64,000 nucleotides of DNA from positions 6,765-70,764 of the forward strand of contig JANXAF010000002.1 of NCBI GenBank assembly GCA_025062045.1, read 5' to 3'. This DNA is from Thermodesulfobacteriota bacterium. GTDB taxonomy: Bacteria; Desulfobacterota; Syntrophorhabdia; Syntrophorhabdales; JANXAF01. This document shows positions 1-10,445 of this stretch, one piece after another. The translations under genes were made by a program, and so were the position numbers. The notes under the pieces are model-generated. The model did no database searches. It saw only the letters and a list, made by a program, of their open reading frames with translations, and was not told the origin of the DNA. Positions within the stretch are counted from its first letter, which is position 1. Each line of letters starts with the position of its first letter.

Positions 1-1
1 C

Positions 2-1684
2 CATATAGCACCCCATCTTACCGTCGCTTTTGGCTTTGGTGCCTCCATGGTTGCACTGTTTGCCCAGCTCGGTGGTGGAATTTACACAAAGGCAGCTGAT
101 ATGGGAGCAGATCTTGCAGGAAAGGTTGAGGCTGGAATTCCAGAGGATGACCCGAGAAACGCGGCTGTCATAGCCGACCAAGTTGGTGACAATGTCGGTG
201 ACTGCGCTGGACGTGGTGCGGATCTATTTGAATCCACCGCAGCGGAAAACATCGGAGCAATGATCATCGGTTCAAGTCTCTATGCCATATCTGTGAAGTC
301 TGGAATAAAACCCGACGTCGCCGTTGGATGGGTACTATTTCCCCTTGTCATCCGCGCCATAGGAATAATCGCAAGCATAATTGGTGTTCTCGTTGTAAGA
401 AGCAAAAAAGAGTTCGAACCTCCAATGGACATATTAAACAGGGGATATTATGTCGCATTAATCCTCTCAGGTATAGGGATGGTTTTGACGTGCTGGCTCA
501 TGTTTGCTCCCATGTGTGAAGGTTGGGCATACCTTATGGGAGCTGGGCTCGTAGGCATTATCACAAGCGTATTCGTCATATACATCACAGAGTACTACAC
601 AGAGAGCCGTTACGCGCCCACAAGAAAAATAGCAGAATCCGCAAAAACAGGACCTGCTACTGTGATGGTCACAGGGATTTCCGTCGGATTTGAAACTATC
701 ATGCCAACGGCCATACTTATAAGCGTGGCTCTTCTGATTACATACTACTTTGGAATCAAGGCAGGCCTTGACTTACCCTGGTGGATAAGTGGCGCCTACG
801 GCACCGCCATAGCGACTATGGGAATGCTCATGACCTGTCCCTATATCCTTGCTGAGGACACTTTTGGACCGATAACTGACAATGCGAACGGTATAAACGA
901 GTTTACAAAGGCAGGTGAGCATATAAGAAGGGTTACGGATCATCTAGATGCCGCAGGAAACACAACAAAGGCCTTAACAAAAGGTTATGCCATGGTATCT
1001 GCTGGTCTTGCAGGTTTCTTGCTCTTCCAGGCATACTTTGACAGGGTTTTACTCCTCACAGGAAAAGAAGGCGAGCTTTTCAATATCAACCTTGTCATCC
1101 CAGAGGTCCTAATCGGAGGAGTACTGGCTATCATGATGGTCTTCCTTTTTAGCGCTTGGGGATTGAGAAGTGTGGGAGATGCGGCATCGAAGATAATAGA
1201 GGAAGTACGTAGACAGATAAAGGAAGATCCGGGGATACTGGCAGGAACCTCACGGCCTAACTATGCCAGAGCAGTTGACATAACAACGAGGGCGGCCTTA
1301 AGGGGAATGGTAGCTCCGGGCCTTCTTCCTGTTCTACTTCCCGTTGCTATAGGACTATTTTTCGTCTATTTCCAAGTTACGGGAGTAAATGCACCTTACG
1401 CTGTTGGAGCATTTCTTATGGTTGGGACCTTTTCGGCAATCTTACTGGCTTCCTTTATGAATAACGGTGGTGGAGCTTGGGACAACGCGAAAAAGTACAT
1501 AGAGGACGGTAATTTGAAGGACGATCAAGGAAACGTTATCCCAAAACACTCTTTTGCCCATGCAGCGGCGGTTACAGGGGATACTGTTGGAGATCCCCTA
1601 AAAGACACAGTTGGTCCTTCTCTTCATATTGTAGCTAAGCTTATAGCTACTGTTACACTAGTTCTTTGTCCCCTCTGGTTATAA
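2..1684 (+). CDS. hppA: Membrane H+-translocating pyrophosphatase, K+-independent type (5' end outside window)
   Basis: The frame is open from the window edge (HIAPHLTVAFGFGASMVALFAQLGGGIYTKAADMGADLAGKVE). It is a polytopic protein with PPase motifs DNVGDCAGRGADLFES and GDTVGDPLKDT. GNTTKA carries Lys where K+-dependent enzymes have Ala. Confidence 0.93.
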   Translation, partial: HIAPHLTVAFGFGASMVALFAQLGGGIYTKAADMGADLAGKVEAGIPEDDPRNAAVIADQVGDNVGDCAGRGADLFESTAAENIGAMIIGSSLYAISVKSGIKPDVAVGWVLFPLVIRAIGIIASIIGVLVVRSKKEFEPPMDILNRGYYVALILSGIGMVLTCWLMFAPMCEGWAYLMGAGLVGIITSVFVIYITEYYTESRYAPTRKIAESAKTGPATVMVTGISVGFETIMPTAILISVALLITYYFGIKAGLDLPWWISGAYGTAIATMGMLMTCPYILAEDTFGPITDNANGINEFTKAGEHIRRVTDHLDAAGNTTKALTKGYAMVSAGLAGFLLFQAYFDRVLLLTGKEGELFNINLVIPEVLIGGVLAIMMVFLFSAWGLRSVGDAASKIIEEVRRQIKEDPGILAGTSRPNYARAVDITTRAALRGMVAPGLLPVLLPVAIGLFFVYFQVTGVNAPYAVGAFLMVGTFSAILLASFMNNGGGAWDNAKKYIEDGNLKDDQGNVIPKHSFAHAAAVTGDTVGDPLKDTVGPSLHIVAKLIATVTLVLCPLWL

Positions 1685-1685
1685 C

Positions 1686-1716
1686 AAAAAACCCCGGCCG
1701 AAGCCGGGGTTTTTTG
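1686..1716. terminator. Bidirectional intrinsic terminator between convergent hppA and atpC
   Basis: An A-run is followed by the stem CCCCGGC (1692-1698), loop CGAA, stem GCCGGGG (1703-1709) and a T-run at 1710-1715. It reads as a hairpin plus U-tract on both strands. Confidence 0.85.
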
Positions 1717-1731
1717 TTTGTTTATATTCCT

Positions 1732-1977
1732 CTATGCTTCGACAAGAATAGTGACTCTGTCACCAATTACTTCAGCAAAGCCAGCCCCTGCACTTATTAC
1801 GTTTACCTTGCCCCCCTTTATGTACCTTATTTCTCCCGGCTCCAAGGTCGTGAAAAATTGAATGTGGCCAGGTAGGATTCCAAATTCACCTAGTGTGCCA
1901 CATGCTTCAACCATATCTACTTCATCTCTGACTAAGACTTTGTCTTTCGCTATAATTTCAAGATAAAGTTTTGCCAT
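1732..1977 (-). CDS. atpC: F1 ATP synthase epsilon subunit, N-terminal beta-sandwich only (81 aa)
   Basis: It lies directly downstream of atpD and has an epsilon-like sequence (GEFGILPGHIQFFTTLEPGEIRY). It ends at VTILVEA, where the helical C-terminal domain would normally begin. Confidence 0.85.
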   Translation of the reverse strand: MAKLYLEIIAKDKVLVRDEVDMVEACGTLGEFGILPGHIQFFTTLEPGEIRYIKGGKVNVISAGAGFAEVIGDRVTILVEA

Positions 1978-1980
1978 TTT

Positions 1981-3396
<1,416 letters not shown>

Positions 3397-3409
3397 CTAC
3401 AACCCCTCC

Positions 3410-4276
3410 TTAGAAAGTCGTTCTCTTTACCGCCTCAGCACCACCAACTATGTCGAGCATTTCTTTGGTGATGCTCTCCTGCCTCTTCTTGTTGTAGAGA
3501 AGCGTCAAAAGATTTATCATCTCGCCGCAGTTGTTCGTCGCATTATCCATAGCGTTCATCCTGGATGCGTGTTCCGAGGTCTGAGAATTGAGAATCATGT
3601 GATACACCTTGGTCCTTAAATACTCCGGTATGAACCTTTCAACAACATATTCGGCTTTGGGTTCATACAAATAATCTATGGGTCCTTCATCCCTTTTTGT
3701 TTTAATTGGGATTAGCTCTTCGGTTCTAACTTCCTGTCTTATTGGGGATCTGAAAAATGTATAGATGGCGACGATCTTGTCAAATTCGGAGGTCAAATAG
3801 TAGGACATAAAGTCTTGAACCATGCTTTCAATATGCTCTTTCTCAATCCTTCTTAATTCGATCCATTCCTTAACTATTGGAACACCTTTTTTGGCAAAGT
3901 AGTCCCTTATCTTCTTTCCCAGAACGTAAAGCCCTATTTTTTCGTACTGATCCTTCATCTGAGAGATGAGATTGTCAATTGCCGCATTCACATTTGCGTT
4001 AAAACTTCCGCATAAACCTCTGTCGGACGCACAGGCAAAGATAAGAAGGTTTTTCTGCTCTTCTCTCTCCATAACAATAGGGTGTATGTTTTTACGTACG
4101 CTAGAAAGAAGCCTTTCTTTTAACTCTTCAATCTTTGACGCGTATGGGCGGGTCCTTTCAAGTTCTTCGTGACACCTCCTCAACCTAGATGAAGCGATCA
4201 TCTTCATGGTCCTTGTTATCTTTTGAGTGCTTCTGATACTCGCTATCTTTCTCCTGATATCCCTCAATGTCGGCAT
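3410..4276 (-). CDS. atpG: F1 ATP synthase gamma subunit
   Basis: The N-terminus reads MPTLRDIRRKIASIRSTQKITRTMKMIA, the C-terminal helix reads ITKEMLDIVGGAEA, and the gene lies between atpA and atpD. Confidence 0.95.
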   Translation of the reverse strand: MPTLRDIRRKIASIRSTQKITRTMKMIASSRLRRCHEELERTRPYASKIEELKERLLSSVRKNIHPIVMEREEQKNLLIFACASDRGLCGSFNANVNAAIDNLISQMKDQYEKIGLYVLGKKIRDYFAKKGVPIVKEWIELRRIEKEHIESMVQDFMSYYLTSEFDKIVAIYTFFRSPIRQEVRTEELIPIKTKRDEGPIDYLYEPKAEYVVERFIPEYLRTKVYHMILNSQTSEHASRMNAMDNATNNCGEMINLLTLLYNKKRQESITKEMLDIVGGAEAVKRTTF

Positions 4277-4287
4277 AGTTTCAGTCC

Positions 4288-5796
4288 TTAGTATTTGAAC
4301 TTATCTCTCAAATCTGAAAGTGCCTTATTTAACCTCTCTTCTATGTCAACGTCTATTTCTTTTTTCTCCCTTATGTCCCTTAAAATATCGGGGTAGTTAC
4401 TATCGAAGAACTGGTATAGCTCTTTCTCGTACCGTTTGAGAACTGATTCGGGATACATGTCGATATAGCCATTCATGGCTGAGTAGAGAAGAACAACCTG
4501 TTTCTCCATCGGGATAGGTTCATAAAGATCCTGCTTTAGTATTTCTGTGAGCCTCGAGCCTCTCGCAAGCAGAGCCTGGGTTGCCCGGTCTAGATCGCTA
4601 CCGAATTTTGCAAATGCCGCAAGCTCCCTATACTGGGCAAGTTCAAGTCTCAGTCTTCCGGCAACCTGTTTCATCGCCTTAGTCTGAGCGTTGCCTCCGA
4701 CCCTTGACACAGATATTCCGACATTTATGGCTGGTCTGATCCCGGCGTAAAATAGCTCCGGTTCAAGGTAGATCTGACCATCCGTAATCGATATAACATT
4801 GGTAGGTATGTACGCCGAAACATCTCCTGCCTGCGTCTCAATTATGGGCAGAGCTGTAAGTGACCCGCCTCCATGGGCATCATCCCACTTTGCAGCCCGT
4901 TCAAGAAGCCTAGAATGTAGATAGAAGATATCGCCAGGATAAGCCTCTCGTCCGGGTGGTCTCCTAAGGAGGAGGGAAAGTTGCCTATAAGCAACTGCGT
5001 GCTTCGACAGATCGTCATAGACGATAAGTGCATGCCTTCCCGTATCCCTGAAGTATTCGCCCATTGCACATCCTGCATAAGGAGCCAAAAACTGCATAGG
5101 AGCTGGGTCTGAAGCTGTCGCCGCGACAACAATTGTGTACTCCATAGCCCCGTAAGTCCTAAGGATGTCTATTATCCTTGCCACCGAGGACCTTTTCTGC
5201 CCTATGGCTACATAAATACAGTAAACATCTGAATCCCTCTGGTTTATTATCGTATCTATCGCAATGGCCGTTTTTCCCGTTCCCCTATCACCTATGATGA
5301 GTTCCCTCTGCCCCCTGCCGATTGGGATCATGGCATCTATCGCTTTAATTCCCGTCTGGAGTGGCTCTTTTACAGGCTGCCTAACGACGACTCCTGGGGC
5401 TATCCTTTCCACATTCCTGAACTCTGTAGCCAAAACGGGTCCTTTTCCGTCCAATGGATTTCCGAGACTGTCCACAACCCGTCCAATCAAAGCCTCACCT
5501 ACAGGTACCTGGGCTATTCTATTCGTCCTTTTTACGATATCCCCCTCTTTTATCTTGAAGTCCTCACCGAAAATCACAGCCCCTACGTTATCTTCCTCCA
5601 GATTCCACACCATTCCCGTAATTCCGTGGGGGAACTCCAAAAGCTCCCCAGCCATTGCGTTTTCGAGACCGTATATCCTTGCGATCCCGTCACCTACAGA
5701 GATAACGATACCTGTCTCCTCAAGGTCTATTTTTCTTTCCGCGCTCGCTATCTTTTGTTCTATTATTCTACTTATTTCCTCTGCTTTTAACTCCAT
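4288..5796 (-). CDS. atpA: F1 ATP synthase alpha subunit
   Basis: It has [18 protein letters not shown] (P-loop) and typical alpha-subunit sequence throughout its 502 aa. Confidence 0.97.
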   Translation of the reverse strand: MELKAEEISRIIEQKIASAERKIDLEETGIVISVGDGIARIYGLENAMAGELLEFPHGITGMVWNLEEDNVGAVIFGEDFKIKEGDIVKRTNRIAQVPVGEALIGRVVDSLGNPLDGKGPVLATEFRNVERIAPGVVVRQPVKEPLQTGIKAIDAMIPIGRGQRELIIGDRGTGKTAIAIDTIINQRDSDVYCIYVAIGQKRSSVARIIDILRTYGAMEYTIVVAATASDPAPMQFLAPYAGCAMGEYFRDTGRHALIVYDDLSKHAVAYRQLSLLLRRPPGREAYPGDIFYLHSRLLERAAKWDDAHGGGSLTALPIIETQAGDVSAYIPTNVISITDGQIYLEPELFYAGIRPAINVGISVSRVGGNAQTKAMKQVAGRLRLELAQYRELAAFAKFGSDLDRATQALLARGSRLTEILKQDLYEPIPMEKQVVLLYSAMNGYIDMYPESVLKRYEKELYQFFDSNYPDILRDIREKKEIDVDIEERLNKALSDLRDKFKY

Positions 5797-5799
5797 GGT

Positions 5800-6342
5800 T
5801 CACTCCTTTAAAAGCGTTTCTTTCATTGAGTCTAGCTGTTTTCTTATCGTACCGTCCAAAACCCATCCGTTTAGAACCAGTTTTATCCCTGCAATCAGTG
5901 ATTTATCTTCGATCACAGTAAGAACGATCTCTTTCTTTATCTTTTCCTTCAGTATATCGATTATCTCCGTAAAAATCCCATCCTCTAAAGGAAAAGCAGT
6001 GTAAAGTTTTCCCCTTACGATTCCATCCTTTTCGTCCACAATTTTTGTATACTCTTCCAGAATCGCCGAAAGATACCTGATCCTATTGTTTTCCAGTAAA
6101 AGAAGCAAAAGATTTGAAACCGCAGAAGACAGGTTCAACCCCCTTGCAACATCAGAGACGATCTCTTTCCTAAAATTCAAATCGAAAAGCGGATACATAA
6201 TTGCTTTGTAAATCCTCTCGTTTCCAAAGACCAATTTTGTGAAAGACTCGAGCTCTTCCCTATAGCGCTTGTAATTTCCGTCCTTTTGTCCTACTCCAAA
6301 GAGACCAAAAGCGTATCTTCTCGCAACATTTCTGTGGATCAA
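5800..6342 (-). CDS. atpH: F1 ATP synthase delta (OSCP) subunit
   Basis: It sits between atpF and atpA, is 180 aa, starts with an OSCP-like ARRYAFGLF and overlaps atpF by 4 bp. Confidence 0.85.
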   Translation of the reverse strand: MIHRNVARRYAFGLFGVGQKDGNYKRYREELESFTKLVFGNERIYKAIMYPLFDLNFRKEIVSDVARGLNLSSAVSNLLLLLLENNRIRYLSAILEEYTKIVDEKDGIVRGKLYTAFPLEDGIFTEIIDILKEKIKKEIVLTVIEDKSLIAGIKLVLNGWVLDGTIRKQLDSMKETLLKE

Positions 6343-6830
6343 CTGACGCTCCTCAGCCTTTCTATAAAATCTCGGACCAATCTGTCATGGTCCTCTTTTT
6401 TCAAATTCTCTCTTATGATCCTTTCTGCCTCATCGACACATTTTTCTGCTATTTTTTCTCTGATCATGAGCCTCGTCTCTTTAAGTTCCTGTTCTTTAGT
6501 AAGAATTGCCTGTTCCCTAAGTCTTTCCGCAAAGGCTTTCGCTTCCGAAATTATCATATCCCTTTGAGCATAAGCCTCCTCCATCACTTTTTTCTTTATC
6601 TCCTCCACCTCCGTATCTAAGGCTTCGAGTTTTCTCTGCAACTCGGCCTTTAAAGTCTCTATCTGGGCGTATGTAGTCTTTCCCGTTTCTATCTCATTCT
6701 TTACTCTTTCATGTCTTTCTAAAAAAAATTTTTTTAAAGGTTTTCCCGCAAACTTGACGAGAATGGCGACAAGGATTCCGAAATTAATGAATTTGAAAAG
6801 AATCGAAAGTCCGGACTCCTCACCGTGCAT
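6339..6830 (-). CDS. atpF: Fo ATP synthase subunit b
   Basis: It has one N-terminal TM helix followed by a long charged helix, and sits upstream of atpH. Confidence 0.8.
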   Translation of the reverse strand: MHGEESGLSILFKFINFGILVAILVKFAGKPLKKFFLERHERVKNEIETGKTTYAQIETLKAELQRKLEALDTEVEEIKKKVMEEAYAQRDMIISEAKAFAERLREQAILTKEQELKETRLMIREKIAEKCVDEAERIIRENLKKEDHDRLVRDFIERLRSVS

Positions 6831-7258
6831 CAGTCTACACTCCTAAGAAGGATTTTTCTTGCAATCTCCTTTGCTAGTCTTTCAGTTTCTAAAGAAAGCT
6901 TTTCAAGCACCACCTTCGTTTCTTTTTCTATTTCTTCCTTCGCTCTTTTTACGTCCGTAGCTACTTCCCTTTTTGCGCTCTCGAGAATCTCTGTGAACTC
7001 TTTTTGTGTTGCAAGGAGAATCTTCTCTCTTTCATCATATATGGGTTTCTTTCTCTCCTTTAAGAGCTCCTCGTATCTTTTCTCCATCTCCCGGAGATTC
7101 TCCCTTTCTTTTTCAATCTTAAAGATGAGGTCCTTGATGGTCGATTCCCTCTTATTTAAGGCTTTAAGGACTGGCTTGAATAAAAGAAAATTAAGAAGGA
7201 TCAAAACGACAAGAAGGTTCACAAACTGAATCAAAAGCGTATAGTTAAACTCTATCAT
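6830..7258 (-). CDS. Fo ATP synthase subunit b' (second b-type stator subunit)
   Basis: It has the same architecture as subunit b (TM helix plus Lys/Glu-rich helix), is 142 aa, and overlaps the atpF start by 1 bp. Confidence 0.7.
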   Translation of the reverse strand: MIEFNYTLLIQFVNLLVVLILLNFLLFKPVLKALNKRESTIKDLIFKIEKERENLREMEKRYEELLKERKKPIYDEREKILLATQKEFTEILESAKREVATDVKRAKEEIEKETKVVLEKLSLETERLAKEIARKILLRSVD

Positions 7259-7352
7259 GTGCCGGGCTTGGAAGTTTTAGAAAAGATTCACGATCTCTTA
7301 AATAACACAAATAACTTCTTCATTTCAAATCTTTTTCTAACCCATAACCGAT

Positions 7353-7382
7353 TTGACAAGATAAATCTTTCTTGGGTAATAT
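7353..7382 (+). promoter_or_regulatory. Sigma70-like promoter of purB (TTGACA-N18-TAATAT), probably giving a leaderless mRNA
   Basis: TTGACA lies at 7353-7358 and TAATAT at 7377-7382. Only 6 nt separate the -10 box from the purB ATG (7389), and there is no Shine-Dalgarno sequence. Confidence 0.5.
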
Positions 7383-7388
7383 AACCCC

Positions 7389-8681
7389 ATGATTGAAAGA
7401 TACACGCTGCCAAGAATGGCAAATATATGGAACGAGGAAAACAAATTCAAAAGATGGCTAGAGATAGAGTTACTCATATGTGAAGCATACGCCAAACTCG
7501 GTGTAATTCCGGAAGACGTTTTGAAAGAGATAAAAGAAAAGGCAAAAGTAGACGTAGAAAGGATAAAGGAACTGGAAAAAAGAACAAAGCACGATGTTGT
7601 AGCTTTTATAGAGTGCGTATCTGAGTACATTGGACCATTATCCAGATATTTTCACATGGGGATTACGTCTTCTGACATTCTCGATACCTGTTTTTCCTGC
7701 CAGTTAAAAGAAGCGTGTGAGATCATAATCAAAGATGTAGAAGAACTCATGGAGGTCTTAAAGAGGAGGGCCTTCGAATTCAAAGACGTTCCGATGATCG
7801 GCAGAACACACGGAGTCCATGCTGAGCCTATCACTTTTGGACTGAAGCTTGCCAATTTTTACGATGAGATGAAAAGGAACCTAGAAAGACTCAAAAACGC
7901 AAAAGAAAGGGTAAGCTATGGCAAAATATCTGGTGCTGTCGGAACTTACGCGCATGTTCCTCCTTTCGTAGAAGAATACGTAATGGAAAAGCTTGGTTTA
8001 AAAGTTGCTCCTATATCATCCCAGATCATATCTAGGGATTATTACGCAGAGTTCTTTACAACACTTGCCATTTTGGCATCCACAATCGAACGCATGGCGC
8101 AAGAAGTACGGCATCTCCAAAGGACAGAAGTGAGTGAGGCTGAGGAATTTTTCGATGTTGGACAGACTGGATCATCTGCTATGCCCCACAAAAGGAATCC
8201 CATAGCATCTGAGAATCTCTCAGGTCTTGCAAGGCTAATTAGAGCTTATGCACAGGCGGCGTTGGAAAACATTCCTCTCTGGCATGAGAGGGATATAAGT
8301 CATTCATCGGTAGAGAGGGTTATAGGACCGGATGCCACAATACTAGTCGACTATATGCTGGAAAGGTTAAAGAACCTTTACGATAGGCTTCTTGTCTATC
8401 CTGAAAAGATGAGGATGAATTTAGAAAAAACAAGGGGCCTTTATCACTCGGAGAGCGTTCTTGTCTCCCTAATGAAGAAAGGGGTTCCGAGGAGTACCGC
8501 GTATAGAATCACCCAACAAATCGCCATGAGATGTTATGAGAATGGCCTTGATTTTAAAAATGAAATAAAAAAAGATGAGGAAATACGAAAATATCTCAGC
8601 CTCGAGGAAATAGAAGAGGCTATAGACGATAAAAAGTACCTAAGACACGTCGATACAATATTTAGAAGAGTCTTCGGTTAA
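7389..8681 (+). CDS. purB: Adenylosuccinate lyase
   Basis: It has the fumarate-lyase signature GSSAMPHKRNP and PurB-like sequence over 430 aa. Confidence 0.95.
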   Translation: MIERYTLPRMANIWNEENKFKRWLEIELLICEAYAKLGVIPEDVLKEIKEKAKVDVERIKELEKRTKHDVVAFIECVSEYIGPLSRYFHMGITSSDILDTCFSCQLKEACEIIIKDVEELMEVLKRRAFEFKDVPMIGRTHGVHAEPITFGLKLANFYDEMKRNLERLKNAKERVSYGKISGAVGTYAHVPPFVEEYVMEKLGLKVAPISSQIISRDYYAEFFTTLAILASTIERMAQEVRHLQRTEVSEAEEFFDVGQTGSSAMPHKRNPIASENLSGLARLIRAYAQAALENIPLWHERDISHSSVERVIGPDATILVDYMLERLKNLYDRLLVYPEKMRMNLEKTRGLYHSESVLVSLMKKGVPRSTAYRITQQIAMRCYENGLDFKNEIKKDEEIRKYLSLEEIEEAIDDKKYLRHVDTIFRRVFG

Positions 8682-8692
8682 GACCGCAAGGG

Positions 8693-9643
8693 ATGCCGGC
8701 TAACCTTCCCCCTCAGTATTACGAGGAAGAAAAAAAACTAAAGGAAGCCAAAACTCCGGATGAGAAGATAAAGATCATCGAAAGGATGCTCGCAATAATA
8801 CCTCACCATAAAGGAACGGATAAACTCATAGGTTCGCTTAGGGCAAAAATCGCAAAGTTAAAGGAAGAGAAGGAAAAAAAACCCCAAACAAGAAAGGGTA
8901 TAGAAGCCCTCTACAACGTAAAAAAAGAAGGGGCTGCCCAAGTTTTATTTCTAGGTTTTCCTAACGCCGGAAAGTCCTCCTGTGTTGCCGCGTTATCCGG
9001 AGAATATGTGGAGATTGCCGACTATCCTTACACAACAAAGATGCTTCAGCCAAGGATGATGAGGTACGAGGACATCTGGATTCAGCTTGTAGATACCCCC
9101 GCAATTGGTGATGACAGTACAAACATGTGGTTCGGCAATATGGTGAGGAAGGCTGATCTTATTTTAATTGTGATTTCGGTTGAAGAGGATCTCTTTACAG
9201 AATACGAGCTTATTATGGAAGAGCTTTCTTTACACACTAAAGAGGTCAGTAAACCGTACATAGTAGTCGTCAACAAGATGGACCTTGCGGAACATTCTCA
9301 AAAGTACGAAGAATTTGAAAAGGCTTTAAAAGCAAAGGGTGTACTCTCCATTCCATTTTCTGCAACCCACTTTATGAACCTACACGAGTTAAAAGAGCAG
9401 ATTTTTATAAGGTCAGATATCATAAGGGTCTATTCCAAACTTCCTGGTAAAAAACCTGACATGGAAGTTCCATTTACATTGAAGAGAGGAAGCACTATTT
9501 TAGATTTTGCCGAAGGGATACATAAAGATTTTGTAAAAAGGCTTAAATATGCAAGACTCTGGAGAAGTAACGTTTTAGCAGGAATGATGGTGAGTAAAGA
9601 CTTCCTTCTTGAGGACAAAGACATAGTTGAACTTCACGTATAG
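8693..9643 (+). CDS. OBG-class GTPase of the DRG/Rbg type with C-terminal TGS domain
   Basis: It has an N-terminal helical region (KGTDKLIGSLRAKIAKLKEE), G1 GFPNAGKSS, G3 DTPAI, G4 NKMD and a C-terminal TGS-like beta-grasp. Confidence 0.75.
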   Translation: MPANLPPQYYEEEKKLKEAKTPDEKIKIIERMLAIIPHHKGTDKLIGSLRAKIAKLKEEKEKKPQTRKGIEALYNVKKEGAAQVLFLGFPNAGKSSCVAALSGEYVEIADYPYTTKMLQPRMMRYEDIWIQLVDTPAIGDDSTNMWFGNMVRKADLILIVISVEEDLFTEYELIMEELSLHTKEVSKPYIVVVNKMDLAEHSQKYEEFEKALKAKGVLSIPFSATHFMNLHELKEQIFIRSDIIRVYSKLPGKKPDMEVPFTLKRGSTILDFAEGIHKDFVKRLKYARLWRSNVLAGMMVSKDFLLEDKDIVELHV

Positions 9644-10445
9644 ACCGCTTACCGAAGACCAAATCAAAGAGATCCTACAAAAAAGCTTAACATTGACGGA
9701 GATGGATCTCAAAGAGAGGGTAAAAAAGGATCCTGTCTATTTTCCTCATCTTTTCAGTGAACCTAAAGATATAGAAATAGCTGCTTTCATAGCGGCCCAG
9801 TTCTCTTATGGAAATATCGTCCAGATAATGGCATTTTTGAAGGAACTCTTCTCCCGGATAGGCACAAGACCTAAAGAATTCATAATCTCAGGTGAATTCA
9901 GTAAACTAAAGGGTCTTTATTACAGATTCCACAAAGAACGGGAGATAGAACTCTTTTTTTTCACACTCAGAAACATACTTTCGATTTACGGAAGTATCGA
10001 AGAACTTTTTTCGCACGTCTATAAGGGGGACACGACAAAAGCAATCTTTTCATTAAGGGAGAGAATTGGCATCCCGGCTGGAGAACTCAAATTTTTTTTT
10101 CCTTTGGAATCCAAGACCAATCCACTCAAAAGATGGAACCTTTTTTTAAGATGGATGGTGAGAAAGGATGGAATCGACTTTGGAATATGGAACCTTCTGA
10201 GACCCAGAGATCTTCTCGTACCTTTGGACACCCATATCTTCAAAGTTGCGAAGTGTCTCGGTTGGATCCAAAAAAATAAAAAGGATCTTGAGGCTGCAAA
10301 AGAAATCACAGCCAAACTAAGACTCATCTCTCCTGAGGACCCTTTGAAGTACGACTTTTTTATATGCCATTTTATAGGAATCGAGAATAAGTGTCCCGGT
10401 ATAAAGAGAGATTTGTGCAAAGGGAGATGTATCTTTTATGGCTGA
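9627..10445 (+). CDS. Conserved hypothetical protein, possibly DUF2400/TIGR02757-like
   Basis: It is a 272-aa ORF with a TTG start overlapping the upstream stop and a Cys-rich C-terminus (CHFIGIENKCPGIKRDLCKGRC). The family name comes from memory only. Confidence 0.55.
   Translation: MNFTYRPLTEDQIKEILQKSLTLTEMDLKERVKKDPVYFPHLFSEPKDIEIAAFIAAQFSYGNIVQIMAFLKELFSRIGTRPKEFIISGEFSKLKGLYYRFHKEREIELFFFTLRNILSIYGSIEELFSHVYKGDTTKAIFSLRERIGIPAGELKFFFPLESKTNPLKRWNLFLRWMVRKDGIDFGIWNLLRPRDLLVPLDTHIFKVAKCLGWIQKNKKDLEAAKEITAKLRLISPEDPLKYDFFICHFIGIENKCPGIKRDLCKGRCIFYG

Noticed and set aside
5264-6004. A 246-aa plus-strand ORF
   Set aside because: It is antisense to atpA/atpH, has a low-complexity Ser/Pro/Ile-rich translation and no SD, which is typical of a shadow ORF opposite a highly expressed gene. 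The same applies to the other short ORFs antisense to atpD, atpG, atpF, the bam genes, lysS and others.
7259-7352. A promoter for the atp operon on the minus strand
   Set aside because: Only a weak TTGAAA-N17/18-TTATTT/TATTTA match is present, and there is no SD before atpF'. The evidence is too weak to annotate.
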